Of a DNA stretch of 64,000 bases, positions 9,471 through 18,756 are shown piece by piece. Below the pieces are notes generated by a model. That model ran no database searches. It was not told the DNA's origin and saw only the letters and a program-made list of their open reading frames with translations. Numbering within the stretch: the first letter of the stretch is position 1; every line of letters begins with the position of its first letter. Source of the stretch: an uncultured Pseudomonadota bacterium (lineage in GTDB: Bacteria > Vulcanimicrobiota > Vulcanimicrobiia > Eremiobacterales > Eremiobacteraceae); assembly GCA_963736005.1 (NCBI GenBank), contig CAVTNB010000003.1, forward strand, positions 224,001 to 288,000, in the 5' to 3' direction. The position numbers and the translations under genes are program-made.

Positions 9471-10103
9471 GTGAACGCGCATTTCGCAGTGACTGCTTTC
9501 GCAACGGCCTTTACCATTTTGGATCCGGTCGGTATGGTGCCGGCGACGCTTGCCATGACCGCCCACGCAACGTCCGATCAGCGGCGGCGCATTACCAACC
9601 GCGCAGTCCTTGTCGCCGCAGCCATTATCGTCTTTATGGCTGTGGTCGGCCGCTACTTACTTTTGTATCTGGGCATTACGCTTCCCGCGTTTGCCATCGC
9701 GGGTGGCATCTTGTTGCTGTTGATCGCCGTCGACATGCTTTTCGGCCGCCCCTCTCGGGCCAAAGGCGATCCCGAAGATCAGCGCGAGAGCATCGACGTG
9801 GACAGCGTGGCGGTCTTTCCCCTTGCGATTCCGTTTATCGCTGGGCCAGGGACGATCGCAACGGTGCTGCTGTTAGTCAACTTGAGTGGTGCGAACCGCG
9901 GGCGGCTCATCATTGTGTACGCTGCCTATGCGGTGGGACTGCTCGCGACCTGGCTTTGCATGCGCGCTGCCGACATCATGATGCGGGTGCTAGGGAAGAC
10001 TGGTGTCGGGGTGCTGACGCGACTGCTCGGCATTATCATGGCGGCCCTTGCGGTGCAGTTCATTCTCAATGGCCTGCACCAGGCCGGCTTCGGCCGCGCC
10101 TAA
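9471..10103 (+). CDS. marC: MarC family membrane protein
   Basis: ILDPVG, IAGGILL, VFPLAIPFIAGPG, TRLLGI. Confidence 0.9.
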   Translation: MNAHFAVTAFATAFTILDPVGMVPATLAMTAHATSDQRRRITNRAVLVAAAIIVFMAVVGRYLLLYLGITLPAFAIAGGILLLLIAVDMLFGRPSRAKGDPEDQRESIDVDSVAVFPLAIPFIAGPGTIATVLLLVNLSGANRGRLIIVYAAYAVGLLATWLCMRAADIMMRVLGKTGVGVLTRLLGIIMAALAVQFILNGLHQAGFGRA

Positions 10104-10112
10104 TCACGACAC

Positions 10113-10436
10113 ATGGACCTCGCAGAAAAATCTTGCGTTGCTTGCCACGGTGGCGTTCCCCCACTCCCCTCGGACGAGGCGGCCACACTGCTGGCCCAAG
10201 TCAACGGGTGGGAGATTGTGAACAATCACCACTTGGTCAAATCGCTTCGCTTCAAGAATTTTGCAGAAGCGCTCGCCTTCGTTAATCAAGTCGGGGCCAT
10301 TGCCGAAGAACAAAACCATCACCCCGACATCTCCTTGGCCTGGGGTAAGGTCGTCATAGAAATCTGGACGCACAAGATCAATGGATTGACCGAAAGCGAT
10401 TTTATTTTTGCCGCAAAGGTCGACCGGCTTGCTTAA
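10113..10436 (+). CDS. phhB: Pterin-4a-carbinolamine dehydratase
   Basis: CVACHGG, AEEQNHHPDI, WTHKINGLTESDFIFAAK. Confidence 0.92.
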   Translation: MDLAEKSCVACHGGVPPLPSDEAATLLAQVNGWEIVNNHHLVKSLRFKNFAEALAFVNQVGAIAEEQNHHPDISLAWGKVVIEIWTHKINGLTESDFIFAAKVDRLA

Positions 10437-11071
10437 CCGCCACCGGGAATGACGGGCATATAGGGATGGTAGATCGTTCCTGTTGGACCGGGCGTCGGTT
10501 GCTCGATCGTCGGTTCACTGCCTTGTCCTGAACCAGCTGCGGGTGCGTTGTTTTGCGGTCCCACCGGCACGCCACCAACTGGCTGCACCGATTGGCCAAC
10601 ACCGCAGATGGAGAGCAGTGAGGCTCGGGCCACAGTGCTCGGCTTGTGGTTCTCGGGTCGCGTGTAGGTCACGGCGTAGCCGTCTTGCCCCCACAACGCA
10701 AGCATTTGCTCCCAAATAGTCGTGTGACCGCCGCCTGACGCAGTCCAAATGACATAGCGTCCAGTGTGACGGCCACACACAAGATAATTCTTATTTGTCC
10801 ACACATGCTCCGTGGGATATTGAGTCTTCTCTTTCTTCAACATCGCGTTGACAAAAGAGTTCAGGTCACCGTAAAAGCTGGTTGGATGGAGGACGACGTA
10901 CTCCTTACCCGATGAGTCGACCCATTTCATGTTCGTTCCGCTCGCGAGTTTCGTCCAACCAATCGGCGGCGAGAACGCGTAATCCCCAGCACCAAAAGCC
11001 GCAAGGCCCATGAGGAATAGGCCCGCTGTCATAGCGATCGCGGGCAGCAATCGAAACAATCGTGCAGTCAT
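10433..11071 (-). CDS. Hypothetical exported protein
   Basis: N-terminal signal-like segment, Pro/Gly-rich tail. Confidence 0.65.
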   Translation of the reverse strand: MTARLFRLLPAIAMTAGLFLMGLAAFGAGDYAFSPPIGWTKLASGTNMKWVDSSGKEYVVLHPTSFYGDLNSFVNAMLKKEKTQYPTEHVWTNKNYLVCGRHTGRYVIWTASGGGHTTIWEQMLALWGQDGYAVTYTRPENHKPSTVARASLLSICGVGQSVQPVGGVPVGPQNNAPAAGSGQGSEPTIEQPTPGPTGTIYHPYMPVIPGGG

Positions 11072-11090
11072 GGACGTATGATTTCGCAGC

Positions 11091-12443
11091 TTAAGGAGCT
11101 AGTCCCTCGATTTGTCTTCGATTGGTCAACGGCCCAAACACCGCAACAATAGTGGCGGCGATCACCATCGCGAGCGCGATCGTTTCGAACGCCGCCGCAG
11201 TGCCTGACTCGCGCAGTATGAACGCATACAAGAAGCCGACAAAGATCGAACTCAGACGGCTCCAACTATACACAAAGCCCACGGCGCGGGCGCGAATCGG
11301 CGTTGGATAGAGCTCGCTTTGGTAGGCGTGGAATGCGCACGAGAACCAGGTGTTCGCAAGCGTGACGAACGTGCCGCAGATGATGATGGCCCAGGGCACG
11401 CGAGCCGCGGCAAGCAGCAACCCAAAAAGGCTGCTGGTTGCAGCCAGCACGACGATCTGCCACTTGCGCTCGAAGGCATCGGCAAAGCGCACGGCAAGCA
11501 GCGGACCAAGCGGCGTCACAAGCGCAATGATGAACGTGTACTCGAGCGAACGGACGAAGGTGATGCCGCCCTTGAAGAGCAGCAGCGGTATCCACGATGC
11601 AAAGCCGTAAAATCCGATTGTCTGGACAATATTGAAGGCGACGAGCGTGAGGGTTCGCGAGCGGTAGACGCCGCTCCAGATGCTCGGTGAGACCGCGGCG
11701 GAGGGAGCGGCCCCGCCATCGGGCGCTGACGCTGCTACCTTGGACACGCCGACCTGCCGCTCGATCTGCTCGAGGGCTTCGTCTGCCTCACGCTGACGCC
11801 CACGACTGGCAAGCCAGCGCGGTGATTCCACGAGGCGAGTGGCGAGCGGCCAGACAAATACCGCGCCGAGAGCACCCAAGAGCGCGACCCAACGCCAACC
11901 ATCAAGGCCGCCGATTGTCTTCGGAACGAGAAGATACGAGATGCATGCGACGATCGGTACGGCAGTGTAGGTGATTGCTTGGCTGAAGGCTATGAGCCGA
12001 CCGCGAGACCCCTTCGGTGCGATTTCAGAGATGTAGGCGTCGATGGTAACGATCTGCACGCCAATGCCAATGCCTGCGGCCAGGCGCAATACGTCGATCG
12101 CAAGAGCGCTTGGACTCAGGGCCATTGCCGCGGTCAAGAGCGAGTAGCCTAAGAGCGACCATACAAACGTTGCCTTGCGTCCGAAGCGATCGGAAACCCA
12201 GCCGAACAGCAACGTTCCGACGAACATGCCTGCAAAACCGGCAGCGGTGAAGCCCGCGACGCTCGCCAGGTCGCTCCCCGTTGCGCTAAATAGGCCATGC
12301 CGGATGAGTCCAAGCGCGATGTACGCGCTCATGAAGAGATCGTAAAATTCAAACCAGCCCGCCGCCGAAATTCGGGCGACGAGTTTACGCATGCCCGCAT
12401 TCACGGGGAGCGCTTCGAGTCGCTCTGCGACCGCAGACGCCAT
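11091..12443 (-). CDS. MFS transporter (sugar/aromatic-acid porter-like)
   Basis: GWVSDRFGRK motif A, YISEIAP, ESPRWL, ELYPTPIRA. Start trimmed to MASAVAERL. Confidence 0.9.
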   Translation of the reverse strand: MASAVAERLEALPVNAGMRKLVARISAAGWFEFYDLFMSAYIALGLIRHGLFSATGSDLASVAGFTAAGFAGMFVGTLLFGWVSDRFGRKATFVWSLLGYSLLTAAMALSPSALAIDVLRLAAGIGIGVQIVTIDAYISEIAPKGSRGRLIAFSQAITYTAVPIVACISYLLVPKTIGGLDGWRWVALLGALGAVFVWPLATRLVESPRWLASRGRQREADEALEQIERQVGVSKVAASAPDGGAAPSAAVSPSIWSGVYRSRTLTLVAFNIVQTIGFYGFASWIPLLLFKGGITFVRSLEYTFIIALVTPLGPLLAVRFADAFERKWQIVVLAATSSLFGLLLAAARVPWAIIICGTFVTLANTWFSCAFHAYQSELYPTPIRARAVGFVYSWSRLSSIFVGFLYAFILRESGTAAAFETIALAMVIAATIVAVFGPLTNRRQIEGLAP

Positions 12444-12450
12444 GCTCGCG

Positions 12451-13683
12451 CTAACGCTTATCACGCCGCACCGCTGGAACGGCGATCGCCCCGAGCGCAA
12501 GCACGAGATATCCGAAGGTCGCGACAATGACCGGCAGCCGTGCTCCGTGCGCCTCCGCGAGGTAACCGCCGAAGATGGAGCCGGGAACGATGCCGATGAG
12601 CACGACAAGCCGCACCGCGCCAAAGACCCGGCCCACGCTTTCTTGAGGGATGATCCGCATGCGCCATGAGACGATCTGGGCAGTTTCGAATCCGGCGCCC
12701 GCGTTGGCTATTGCCCAAAAGAGAGTCACGAGCCACAAGTTGTGCAAGAAGATAACCGGCACGAATACCAAGGCATCGATCGCGTACGCGATGCACAGCG
12801 CTTTTCCAAAAGGCCATCTCCCCGCAAACGCTCCCGCGAGCAGAGAGCCGAGCATGCTGCCAACCGCCCCGATGCCAAGGGTGAGGCCAACTTGGGCATC
12901 GCTCGCGCCAAGAGTGGTCTTGTAAAATGGGATGTAGATCGCGCCCGCCATCATGCCGAACAGGTTGAGTCCGAGCGACAAGAGCGTAATGGCGCGCATC
13001 GCGCTGTCGGCCCAAAGAAAGCCAAAGCCGATGCGAATATCGGCCCAAAGCTCGTGCAGGGTGGGTAGCTTCCCCGGTGCTTGCGGCCCGAGCGTTCGAA
13101 TCCTTGAAATCGCCCCGAACGAAACCAAGTAGGTTAAGGCGTTGACCGCGAGCGCCGGCAGGGCGCCCCCCAGCGAGAAAAGTGCACCCCCAATTGGCGG
13201 CGCGATCAGGTTTGCTCCCTGCTCGGCTGCGATCAGCGTCGACACCGCCTGCGTGGCACGATCTTTGCCCAGGACAAAAGGGATGGAGGATGCCTCGCCA
13301 CCCAAGAAAATTGCCGCGCAGATCGAGATGATGACGATGGAGGAGTAAATCAGCAACAACGAGAGAGACCCGCGGACAAGTCCCACGATCAGCACGATCA
13401 GGATCGCGAACCTGACCACGTCACAGACGAGCATCAGCCGGCGGCGGTCGAGCCTGTCCGCAAGCGAGCCACCCACAAGCCCAGCCAGGGCGAAGGGTAG
13501 GAACTGCAACGCGTAGGTGATGCCGAGCGTCAGCGCCGAGCCGGTCAGGTGGAAAACAAGTAGCGGCAAGGCGAGCGTGCGCAGGCCGTCGCCAATAAAA
13601 CTCGCTGCTTGCCCAGCGAAGAACAGTCGGAACGACCGATTGGCAAAAATGCTCGCCGGACGCTCGACCCTCAAAGTGTCCAA
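12451..13683 (-). CDS. MFS transporter (DHA3/macrolide-efflux-like)
   Basis: FRLFFAGQ, GSLADRLDRRRLM, GRVFG; multiple TM segments. Confidence 0.9.
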   Translation of the reverse strand: MDTLRVERPASIFANRSFRLFFAGQAASFIGDGLRTLALPLLVFHLTGSALTLGITYALQFLPFALAGLVGGSLADRLDRRRLMLVCDVVRFAILIVLIVGLVRGSLSLLLIYSSIVIISICAAIFLGGEASSIPFVLGKDRATQAVSTLIAAEQGANLIAPPIGGALFSLGGALPALAVNALTYLVSFGAISRIRTLGPQAPGKLPTLHELWADIRIGFGFLWADSAMRAITLLSLGLNLFGMMAGAIYIPFYKTTLGASDAQVGLTLGIGAVGSMLGSLLAGAFAGRWPFGKALCIAYAIDALVFVPVIFLHNLWLVTLFWAIANAGAGFETAQIVSWRMRIIPQESVGRVFGAVRLVVLIGIVPGSIFGGYLAEAHGARLPVIVATFGYLVLALGAIAVPAVRRDKR

Positions 13684-13734
13684 AACGTGAGACCTTTTTT
13701 AGAGCGCCGTCGCGCGAACCTCTTCGAGCTCCAT

Positions 13735-13760
13735 TGAACCGTGCCGCCAAACCGCACGTA
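13735..13760 (+). promoter_or_regulatory. Putative ECF-sigma promoter
   Basis: TGAACC-N16-CGTA about 70 nt upstream of the DUF4349 gene. Confidence 0.45.
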
Positions 13761-13829
13761 TACACAAACAAGATCAAGCCGATGAACGCGCAGCGAACGC
13801 CGACCAGCTGCGCGACAGGAGGTACGTCA

Positions 13830-14726
13830 ATGCTCGCCCGATTGCGCGACAAGCGCCTTGTGCTCGTCACGATCCTCGTCATCATCTTTGGGATCGCACT
13901 CAACCTTATGCATCATCGCACCGTCAGCGGTCCGCCACAATTCTCGCCTGTCATGTCCTTCTTGGCAAGATCGCGGGCGGCTAGCGAAGCAAGCGTCGTA
14001 GATTCATCGCAACCCGCACCCGCTTTGAAACCACTCGAGACGAGACGGTCACCATCCCAACTCATTCGAACCGCGACCATTAGCATTCAGGTCAAAGACG
14101 TGTCCAAAGCGCTGCAGACCGCAACCCAGATCGCCGTCGACCAAGTCGGCGATGTTGTCAACCTGAACGACGATACGCCGGAATCCCCATCCGACGCGCA
14201 CTCTGCAACCATGGAGATTCGCGTTCCTGTGGACAACTTCGATCGAACCCTAGGGGCGCTCGGCAAGCTCGGGAAGGTGAAGGCGCGGTCGGTGAGCGCA
14301 CAAGACGCCTCCGATCAGATCGTCGACATGTCGGCCCGCCTGCGGAATCTGCGACGCACGGAGCGCGACATGCTCAACATTATGGATCGCTCCGGCTCGA
14401 TCGACCAGGTGCTCGAAGTGACGCAGCAGTTGAGTTCAGTGCGCGAACAGATCGAGCAGCTCGACGCACAGCTGCAGAGCACAAAATACCAGGTCGCCTA
14501 TTCGACGATCGACATCACGTTGAGTAGCCCGGCGGTGATCGTCGGCCCGACCTCGCAGAAGCTGCTTGGCGACGCGTGGCTGGCTGCCGTCGCTTCGCTC
14601 CGCAGCTTTACGATTAGTCTGTTGAGCCTTGGGTTGTGGTTGGTTGCCTTCAGCCCGTACCTCGCGGTCGTTGCCCTGGTTGCCGTCTTGGCGCTTCGCC
14701 GACGGCGTCGCGGGTTGGCAACCTAA
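13830..14726 (+). CDS. DUF4349 domain membrane protein
   Basis: LIRTATISI, IRVP, D..ARL.NL, REQIEQL, QVAYSTI; AGGAGG RBS before ATG 13830. Confidence 0.85.
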   Translation: MLARLRDKRLVLVTILVIIFGIALNLMHHRTVSGPPQFSPVMSFLARSRAASEASVVDSSQPAPALKPLETRRSPSQLIRTATISIQVKDVSKALQTATQIAVDQVGDVVNLNDDTPESPSDAHSATMEIRVPVDNFDRTLGALGKLGKVKARSVSAQDASDQIVDMSARLRNLRRTERDMLNIMDRSGSIDQVLEVTQQLSSVREQIEQLDAQLQSTKYQVAYSTIDITLSSPAVIVGPTSQKLLGDAWLAAVASLRSFTISLLSLGLWLVAFSPYLAVVALVAVLALRRRRRGLAT

Positions 14727-15205
14727 TGGTGGAACGCTGGTAAGTCGGGCTTCAGCACCATGAGGGCGAGCGCAATTAGCGGCGCCAGAAGGGCGATGCC
14801 GCCAAAGCGATCCCAGACGTGCGAGCAGCGAACATACCGCGCTCTCTCCTCGGCGCTACGCAGTCCGGCTTGCGCAAGCTCGTGCAGCGCGACTTGCGCT
14901 CGCGCGACCGGGATGAATGCAAGCCCCGAAACGACAAGCAACGCGATCGCCCAAAGTATCCACCCGGTACCGAGCAGTGGAATCCCAGCGATCATGGTTA
15001 AAGCAATGCCGGCGAGCACGATCACAATGATGCTCGGGATTGTGATGAGCCGGTCTGCGGCGATGATGCCGGCCATGGTGTAGGCTACGATCGCTGCATC
15101 ACCAGTACGATCAGCGAAGCGCTTCCAGAAAAGGCCGACGGAAATGTTGCCGAGGAAGGCCACGACCGCGAGAATATGAACGGCTTTCAACCCAAGATAT
15201 GCCAT
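14723..15205 (-). CDS. DUF2269 family membrane protein
   Basis: KAVHIL, four TM segments, C-terminal LMVLKP. Confidence 0.8.
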   Translation of the reverse strand: MAYLGLKAVHILAVVAFLGNISVGLFWKRFADRTGDAAIVAYTMAGIIAADRLITIPSIIVIVLAGIALTMIAGIPLLGTGWILWAIALLVVSGLAFIPVARAQVALHELAQAGLRSAEERARYVRCSHVWDRFGGIALLAPLIALALMVLKPDLPAFHH

Positions 15206-15263
15206 GAGCCCGCATTCGGCAAGCGCCGCGAGTTTCTCTTCGCGGTGTCACCCAGCTTAAATG

Positions 15264-15680
15264 TTAGGTTTTGAGTTGGGACTGAAGGGCGCTGAATTTC
15301 GGAGCGAGTGCGTTGTACAGATCTTCGTACCCGCCCTCCTTGTGAAGCATGTCGAGCACGGTCATGCCCATCTGCGCCGCTTGGCTTGCTTTCGCGTCTT
15401 CACCCAGTCCATGGAGCGCCATGGCGCCGATGTACGCGCTATGCACGACCGAGGGAAAGCCCACCTTTGGGTCGTTGCAGTTCTTCGCATACAGCGCGAG
15501 CTGGCCGGCGGACTGTCTCGCGTCTGTCCAGCGTTGTTGATCGAGAAACGCGTAGCCCTGACGAGCCAAGACCTGGGCGTCCGACGAATTGCATTCGTCG
15601 GCGCGCACGGCCAGCGGCACCGTCAACACTGCGGTGACAAAAAGAACGCACAAAGCTCGCTGCAGAAGAAATGTCCTCAT
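15264..15680 (-). CDS. Hypothetical exported helical protein
   Basis: Signal peptide ending VRA-DEC. Confidence 0.6.
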   Translation of the reverse strand: MRTFLLQRALCVLFVTAVLTVPLAVRADECNSSDAQVLARQGYAFLDQQRWTDARQSAGQLALYAKNCNDPKVGFPSVVHSAYIGAMALHGLGEDAKASQAAQMGMTVLDMLHKEGGYEDLYNALAPKFSALQSQLKT

Positions 15681-15761
15681 GCTTTGGATATCGTGCCGAG
15701 TGAATCGAAAAGTAAGGGACGGCACTACGCCGCCCCTTTGGATGTGTCCGCGGCCACGATT

Positions 15762-16595
15762 TTATTCCGCGGTGAATTTGGCCATTCGCTTGTTGACGTA
15801 GGCGTCGAGCCCTTCCTTGGCATCCTTGCTTTGGAAGAGCAGCTGTTGGAGTTCGCGCTCGATTGCAAGCGACTCGGAGAAGGGCACCTCGCCGCCCGAA
15901 ACAACCGCACGCTTGATATTTCCAACCGCTTTTGCCGCCTTGTTCGGTGTGGTGAATTGTTTGGCATACGAGAGCACTTCATCGAGGAACGCCTCGCCGT
16001 GGCCATCATAAATGTCATTCACCAAACCAAGTTCTTGCGCTTCCTCAAACGAGAAGGTGCGGCCCGTAACCATGAGTTCGATCGCCTTCGCGCGACCGAT
16101 GAGCCTGGTGATGCGCTGGGTGCCGCCCGTGCCCGGCAAAACGCCTAACGCAACCTCGGGTAGCCCGATTTTCCCAGCGTTTCGACGCGCTAAGCGAATG
16201 TCGGCCGCCATGGCAATTTCCAGACCGCCGCCGACCGTGTGACCGTTGAGCGCGGCAATGACGAGTTTGGGCGTTTGTTCGAGGCGGGTCAGCGTCTCGT
16301 TGGCATGAAGGCAAAAGAAATACTTGAACGTGGGATCGACTCGCTGCAACATCCCAATGTTCGCGCCGGCGCAGAAAAACTTCTCGCCCTCGCCCGTGAG
16401 AACGATCACTTGCACGTCCTTGTCGAAGCGCGCCTTCAGAATCGCGTCATCGAGCTCGCGCATCATTTCATGCGTGTAGGTATTTGCCGGCGGGTCGTCG
16501 AGCGTGATGATCGCGACATGCTCGCCTTCCTTGCGGTATTTCACGAGCGCCTTGGCGCTCGCGGGTTTGTTCTCACTGTCAACTTTAATGGCCAT
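15762..16595 (-). CDS. Enoyl-CoA hydratase/isomerase (crotonase) family
   Basis: FCAGANI, GGGLEIAMAAD, GLPEVALGVLPGTGGTQR; GGAGAGG RBS before ATG 16595. Confidence 0.92.
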   Translation of the reverse strand: MAIKVDSENKPASAKALVKYRKEGEHVAIITLDDPPANTYTHEMMRELDDAILKARFDKDVQVIVLTGEGEKFFCAGANIGMLQRVDPTFKYFFCLHANETLTRLEQTPKLVIAALNGHTVGGGLEIAMAADIRLARRNAGKIGLPEVALGVLPGTGGTQRITRLIGRAKAIELMVTGRTFSFEEAQELGLVNDIYDGHGEAFLDEVLSYAKQFTTPNKAAKAVGNIKRAVVSGGEVPFSESLAIERELQQLLFQSKDAKEGLDAYVNKRMAKFTAE

Positions 16596-16620
16596 TTGTT
16601 TCCTCTCCGGTTGGGCGAAT

Positions 16621-16675
16621 GGGGCGATTTTCAATCGCCCCCTACATTTGGGGCGACTTGACAGTCGCCCGCTAC
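16621..16675 (-). repeat. Two tandem GTAG-REP type A variants inside the boxB-like/crotonase operon
   Basis: Minus strand: GTAGC-GGGCGACT-GTCA-AGTCGCCC and GTAG-GGGGCGATT-GAA-AATCGCCCC, 30-nt period. Confidence 0.85.
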
Positions 16676-16688
16676 GTTTGGGCGGCGA

Positions 16689-17801
16689 TTAGGCGGCGCG
16701 GGCTTCTACCCAGTCCTCGCGCTTGAAGAGCTCGGCCAGGAGCTTCTCGTCTTCTTCGCTGGGCAAGACTTCGCGCAAATGCTCCTCGTACTGGTCGCTA
16801 TCCAAGATTCGGCCATCGACCGAGTATCGCTTGCCTGCGAACTCGCCAATCTGCCGGTTAAAGCGGATATCGGCCACATAGAGCTTTTCGTCGCCGGAAA
16901 TCGAGGAGTTGACTTGGGCGACGAGCTTCGAACATTCGTCATAGTACTGCCGGCGGGCGTAATCGTTGAGCAGCTCCTTATCCGCTGCTCCCTCTTCTTT
17001 GTCTTCTTCGGGGCGGCCCTTGATGCCCCAAATGTATGCCCACACGGCACTCGAGGAATGATCGTTGCCAAACAGATCCAGCGAACCTGATAGCCACTTG
17101 TTGTGATATTTCTGCTGCACGCTGACTGGCACCACGTTTGCTTTCGCCACCCGTTTCAAGCCCGTCAGACCGGTTCCCAGGTGGAACGATTCTTCTTTAA
17201 GCATCGGCCCCATGCTGCGCGAGAGCGGTGCGAACCCGCAGTGCGAGAGCATCTGCAACTGGAACTTGCCATCGCGGTCCATGTAATTTTGGTAGGCGAA
17301 GAGATCGAGCCAATGCTTGACTGGGTTGTTGAACGCGTTGAGTAAGCGCGTGCCCTGATCTGCGCGCCGCGTGAGCATCTTCTCCGCCTCGATCCGCCCA
17401 TCGTTGCCAAAGTGATTGACGAGCAGGTGGCACATCTGGTAGCCGTGTCGCGTCTCCTCAATAAACACGCGCGCAATGGAGTATAGGTCGTACTCGGAAG
17501 GCGCGATGCGCAACAGGAGACGTTGCTGTTCGTTGGAGGCAAACTCGGTGTCGCCCTGATAGATGATCATGTTGAGGACCGCGTCACGCATGCGCTGGTC
17601 CGGAATCTGCATGACCTTATCCCACTTGCGTTGACCAGCGAATTCGCCGAACTCTATTTCATCGCTGCGGAGATCGCCGTATTTTGCTTCGAGGTTGTAC
17701 ACCCCAAGGACGCGGGTGAAAATTTCCGGGTCAACGTCCAGGTCTTTTTGCCACATCCGCATGATTTCGACCCAGTCGTCAAAGGTCTTGATGCGTGCCA
17801 T
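16689..17801 (-). CDS. boxB: BoxB-like/PaaA-family di-iron aryl-CoA epoxidase (short, 370 aa)
   Basis: QGDTEFASNEQQR, EETRH, DRDGKFQL, APLSRSM, EESFH, LDLFG resemble BoxB di-iron motifs; GGAGG RBS. Confidence 0.75.
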   Translation of the reverse strand: MARIKTFDDWVEIMRMWQKDLDVDPEIFTRVLGVYNLEAKYGDLRSDEIEFGEFAGQRKWDKVMQIPDQRMRDAVLNMIIYQGDTEFASNEQQRLLLRIAPSEYDLYSIARVFIEETRHGYQMCHLLVNHFGNDGRIEAEKMLTRRADQGTRLLNAFNNPVKHWLDLFAYQNYMDRDGKFQLQMLSHCGFAPLSRSMGPMLKEESFHLGTGLTGLKRVAKANVVPVSVQQKYHNKWLSGSLDLFGNDHSSSAVWAYIWGIKGRPEEDKEEGAADKELLNDYARRQYYDECSKLVAQVNSSISGDEKLYVADIRFNRQIGEFAGKRYSVDGRILDSDQYEEHLREVLPSEEDEKLLAELFKREDWVEARAA

Positions 17802-17814
17802 CCAGGAGCCTCCG

Positions 17815-17864
17815 AAATAATGTGGTATTTTTACCACGGTCGCGATAAATTCGCCACATAATTT
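17815..17864. promoter_or_regulatory. Divergent promoter region with inverted repeats (candidate PaaX operator)
   Basis: AAATAATGTGG-N28-CCACATAATTT (10/11 inverted match) and an internal GTGGTA-N4-TACCAC palindrome. Confidence 0.5.
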
Positions 17865-17883
17865 TAACAGGTTCTGGAGGACC

Positions 17884-18756
17884 ATGCAACTGCCCAAATC
17901 CGCACGCCTGACGCCACCGGGTCTTGCTCGCCTCCGGCCACGCTCGATGCTCTTCACTTTGTTCGGAGATTACGTCTATCCAGAAGGTGGGGAGATTCGC
18001 CTGGGCGCCCTCGTGACACTCGGGAAGGTCTTAGGGATGTCCGAAACGGCGGTGCGATCGGCCGTCGCGCGGCTGGCACGTGAGCGGTGGATTCGCGCGC
18101 GACGGCGCGGCCGCAGATCGTTCTATCGTTTGTCGCCCGCAGGTCGCGCGCTCATAGAGGAAGGAACACGGCGCATCTACCGAGCGAATGGGCGCACCTG
18201 GAATCAGCGCTGGTGCCTGCTCACCTATTCCATTCCGGAAAGCAAGCGAGCGCTGCGCGACCGGATGCGCAAGCAGCTCGCCTGGCTCGGCTTTGGGGCG
18301 CTTGGCTCCGGCATTTACCTGGCCGCGCGCGACCGAAGCGATGACGTCCGCCGACTCGCACGCAGAGTCGGCACCGTCAATTTCGCCCGCACCTTTTTAG
18401 CCAAAGGCGTCGGAGACACGCGCGACGCGCAGCTCGTGAACCAGTGTTGGGATCTTCAAGCGATCGGGCGCGCCTACGAAGCCTTCATCCGTACCTACGA
18501 TCCGCGCTTCGCCAAAGACAAAATGCTCCGTCATCGCGGAAAACTTGACGATGCCGATGCATTCGTCGCGCGCTTCATGCTCACGCACGACTTCCGAAGA
18601 TTCCCGTTTATCGATCCGGATCTACCCGACCAGCTCTTGCCTGCGAACTGGGGTGGCAAGCGTGCACGGAAACTCTTTGCGCGATATCACACCTTGTTGA
18701 CCGAGGGGGCGTTGCGCTTCTTTGAATCTTGTACTTGGGCAAGTTCATCAGGATAA
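17884..18756 (+). CDS. paaX: PaaX family transcriptional regulator
   Basis: RSMLFTLFGDY, AVRSAVARL, EEGTRRIY, LAWLGFG, CWDL, DPDLPDQLLPANWGG. Confidence 0.92.
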   Translation: MQLPKSARLTPPGLARLRPRSMLFTLFGDYVYPEGGEIRLGALVTLGKVLGMSETAVRSAVARLARERWIRARRRGRRSFYRLSPAGRALIEEGTRRIYRANGRTWNQRWCLLTYSIPESKRALRDRMRKQLAWLGFGALGSGIYLAARDRSDDVRRLARRVGTVNFARTFLAKGVGDTRDAQLVNQCWDLQAIGRAYEAFIRTYDPRFAKDKMLRHRGKLDDADAFVARFMLTHDFRRFPFIDPDLPDQLLPANWGGKRARKLFARYHTLLTEGALRFFESCTWASSSG

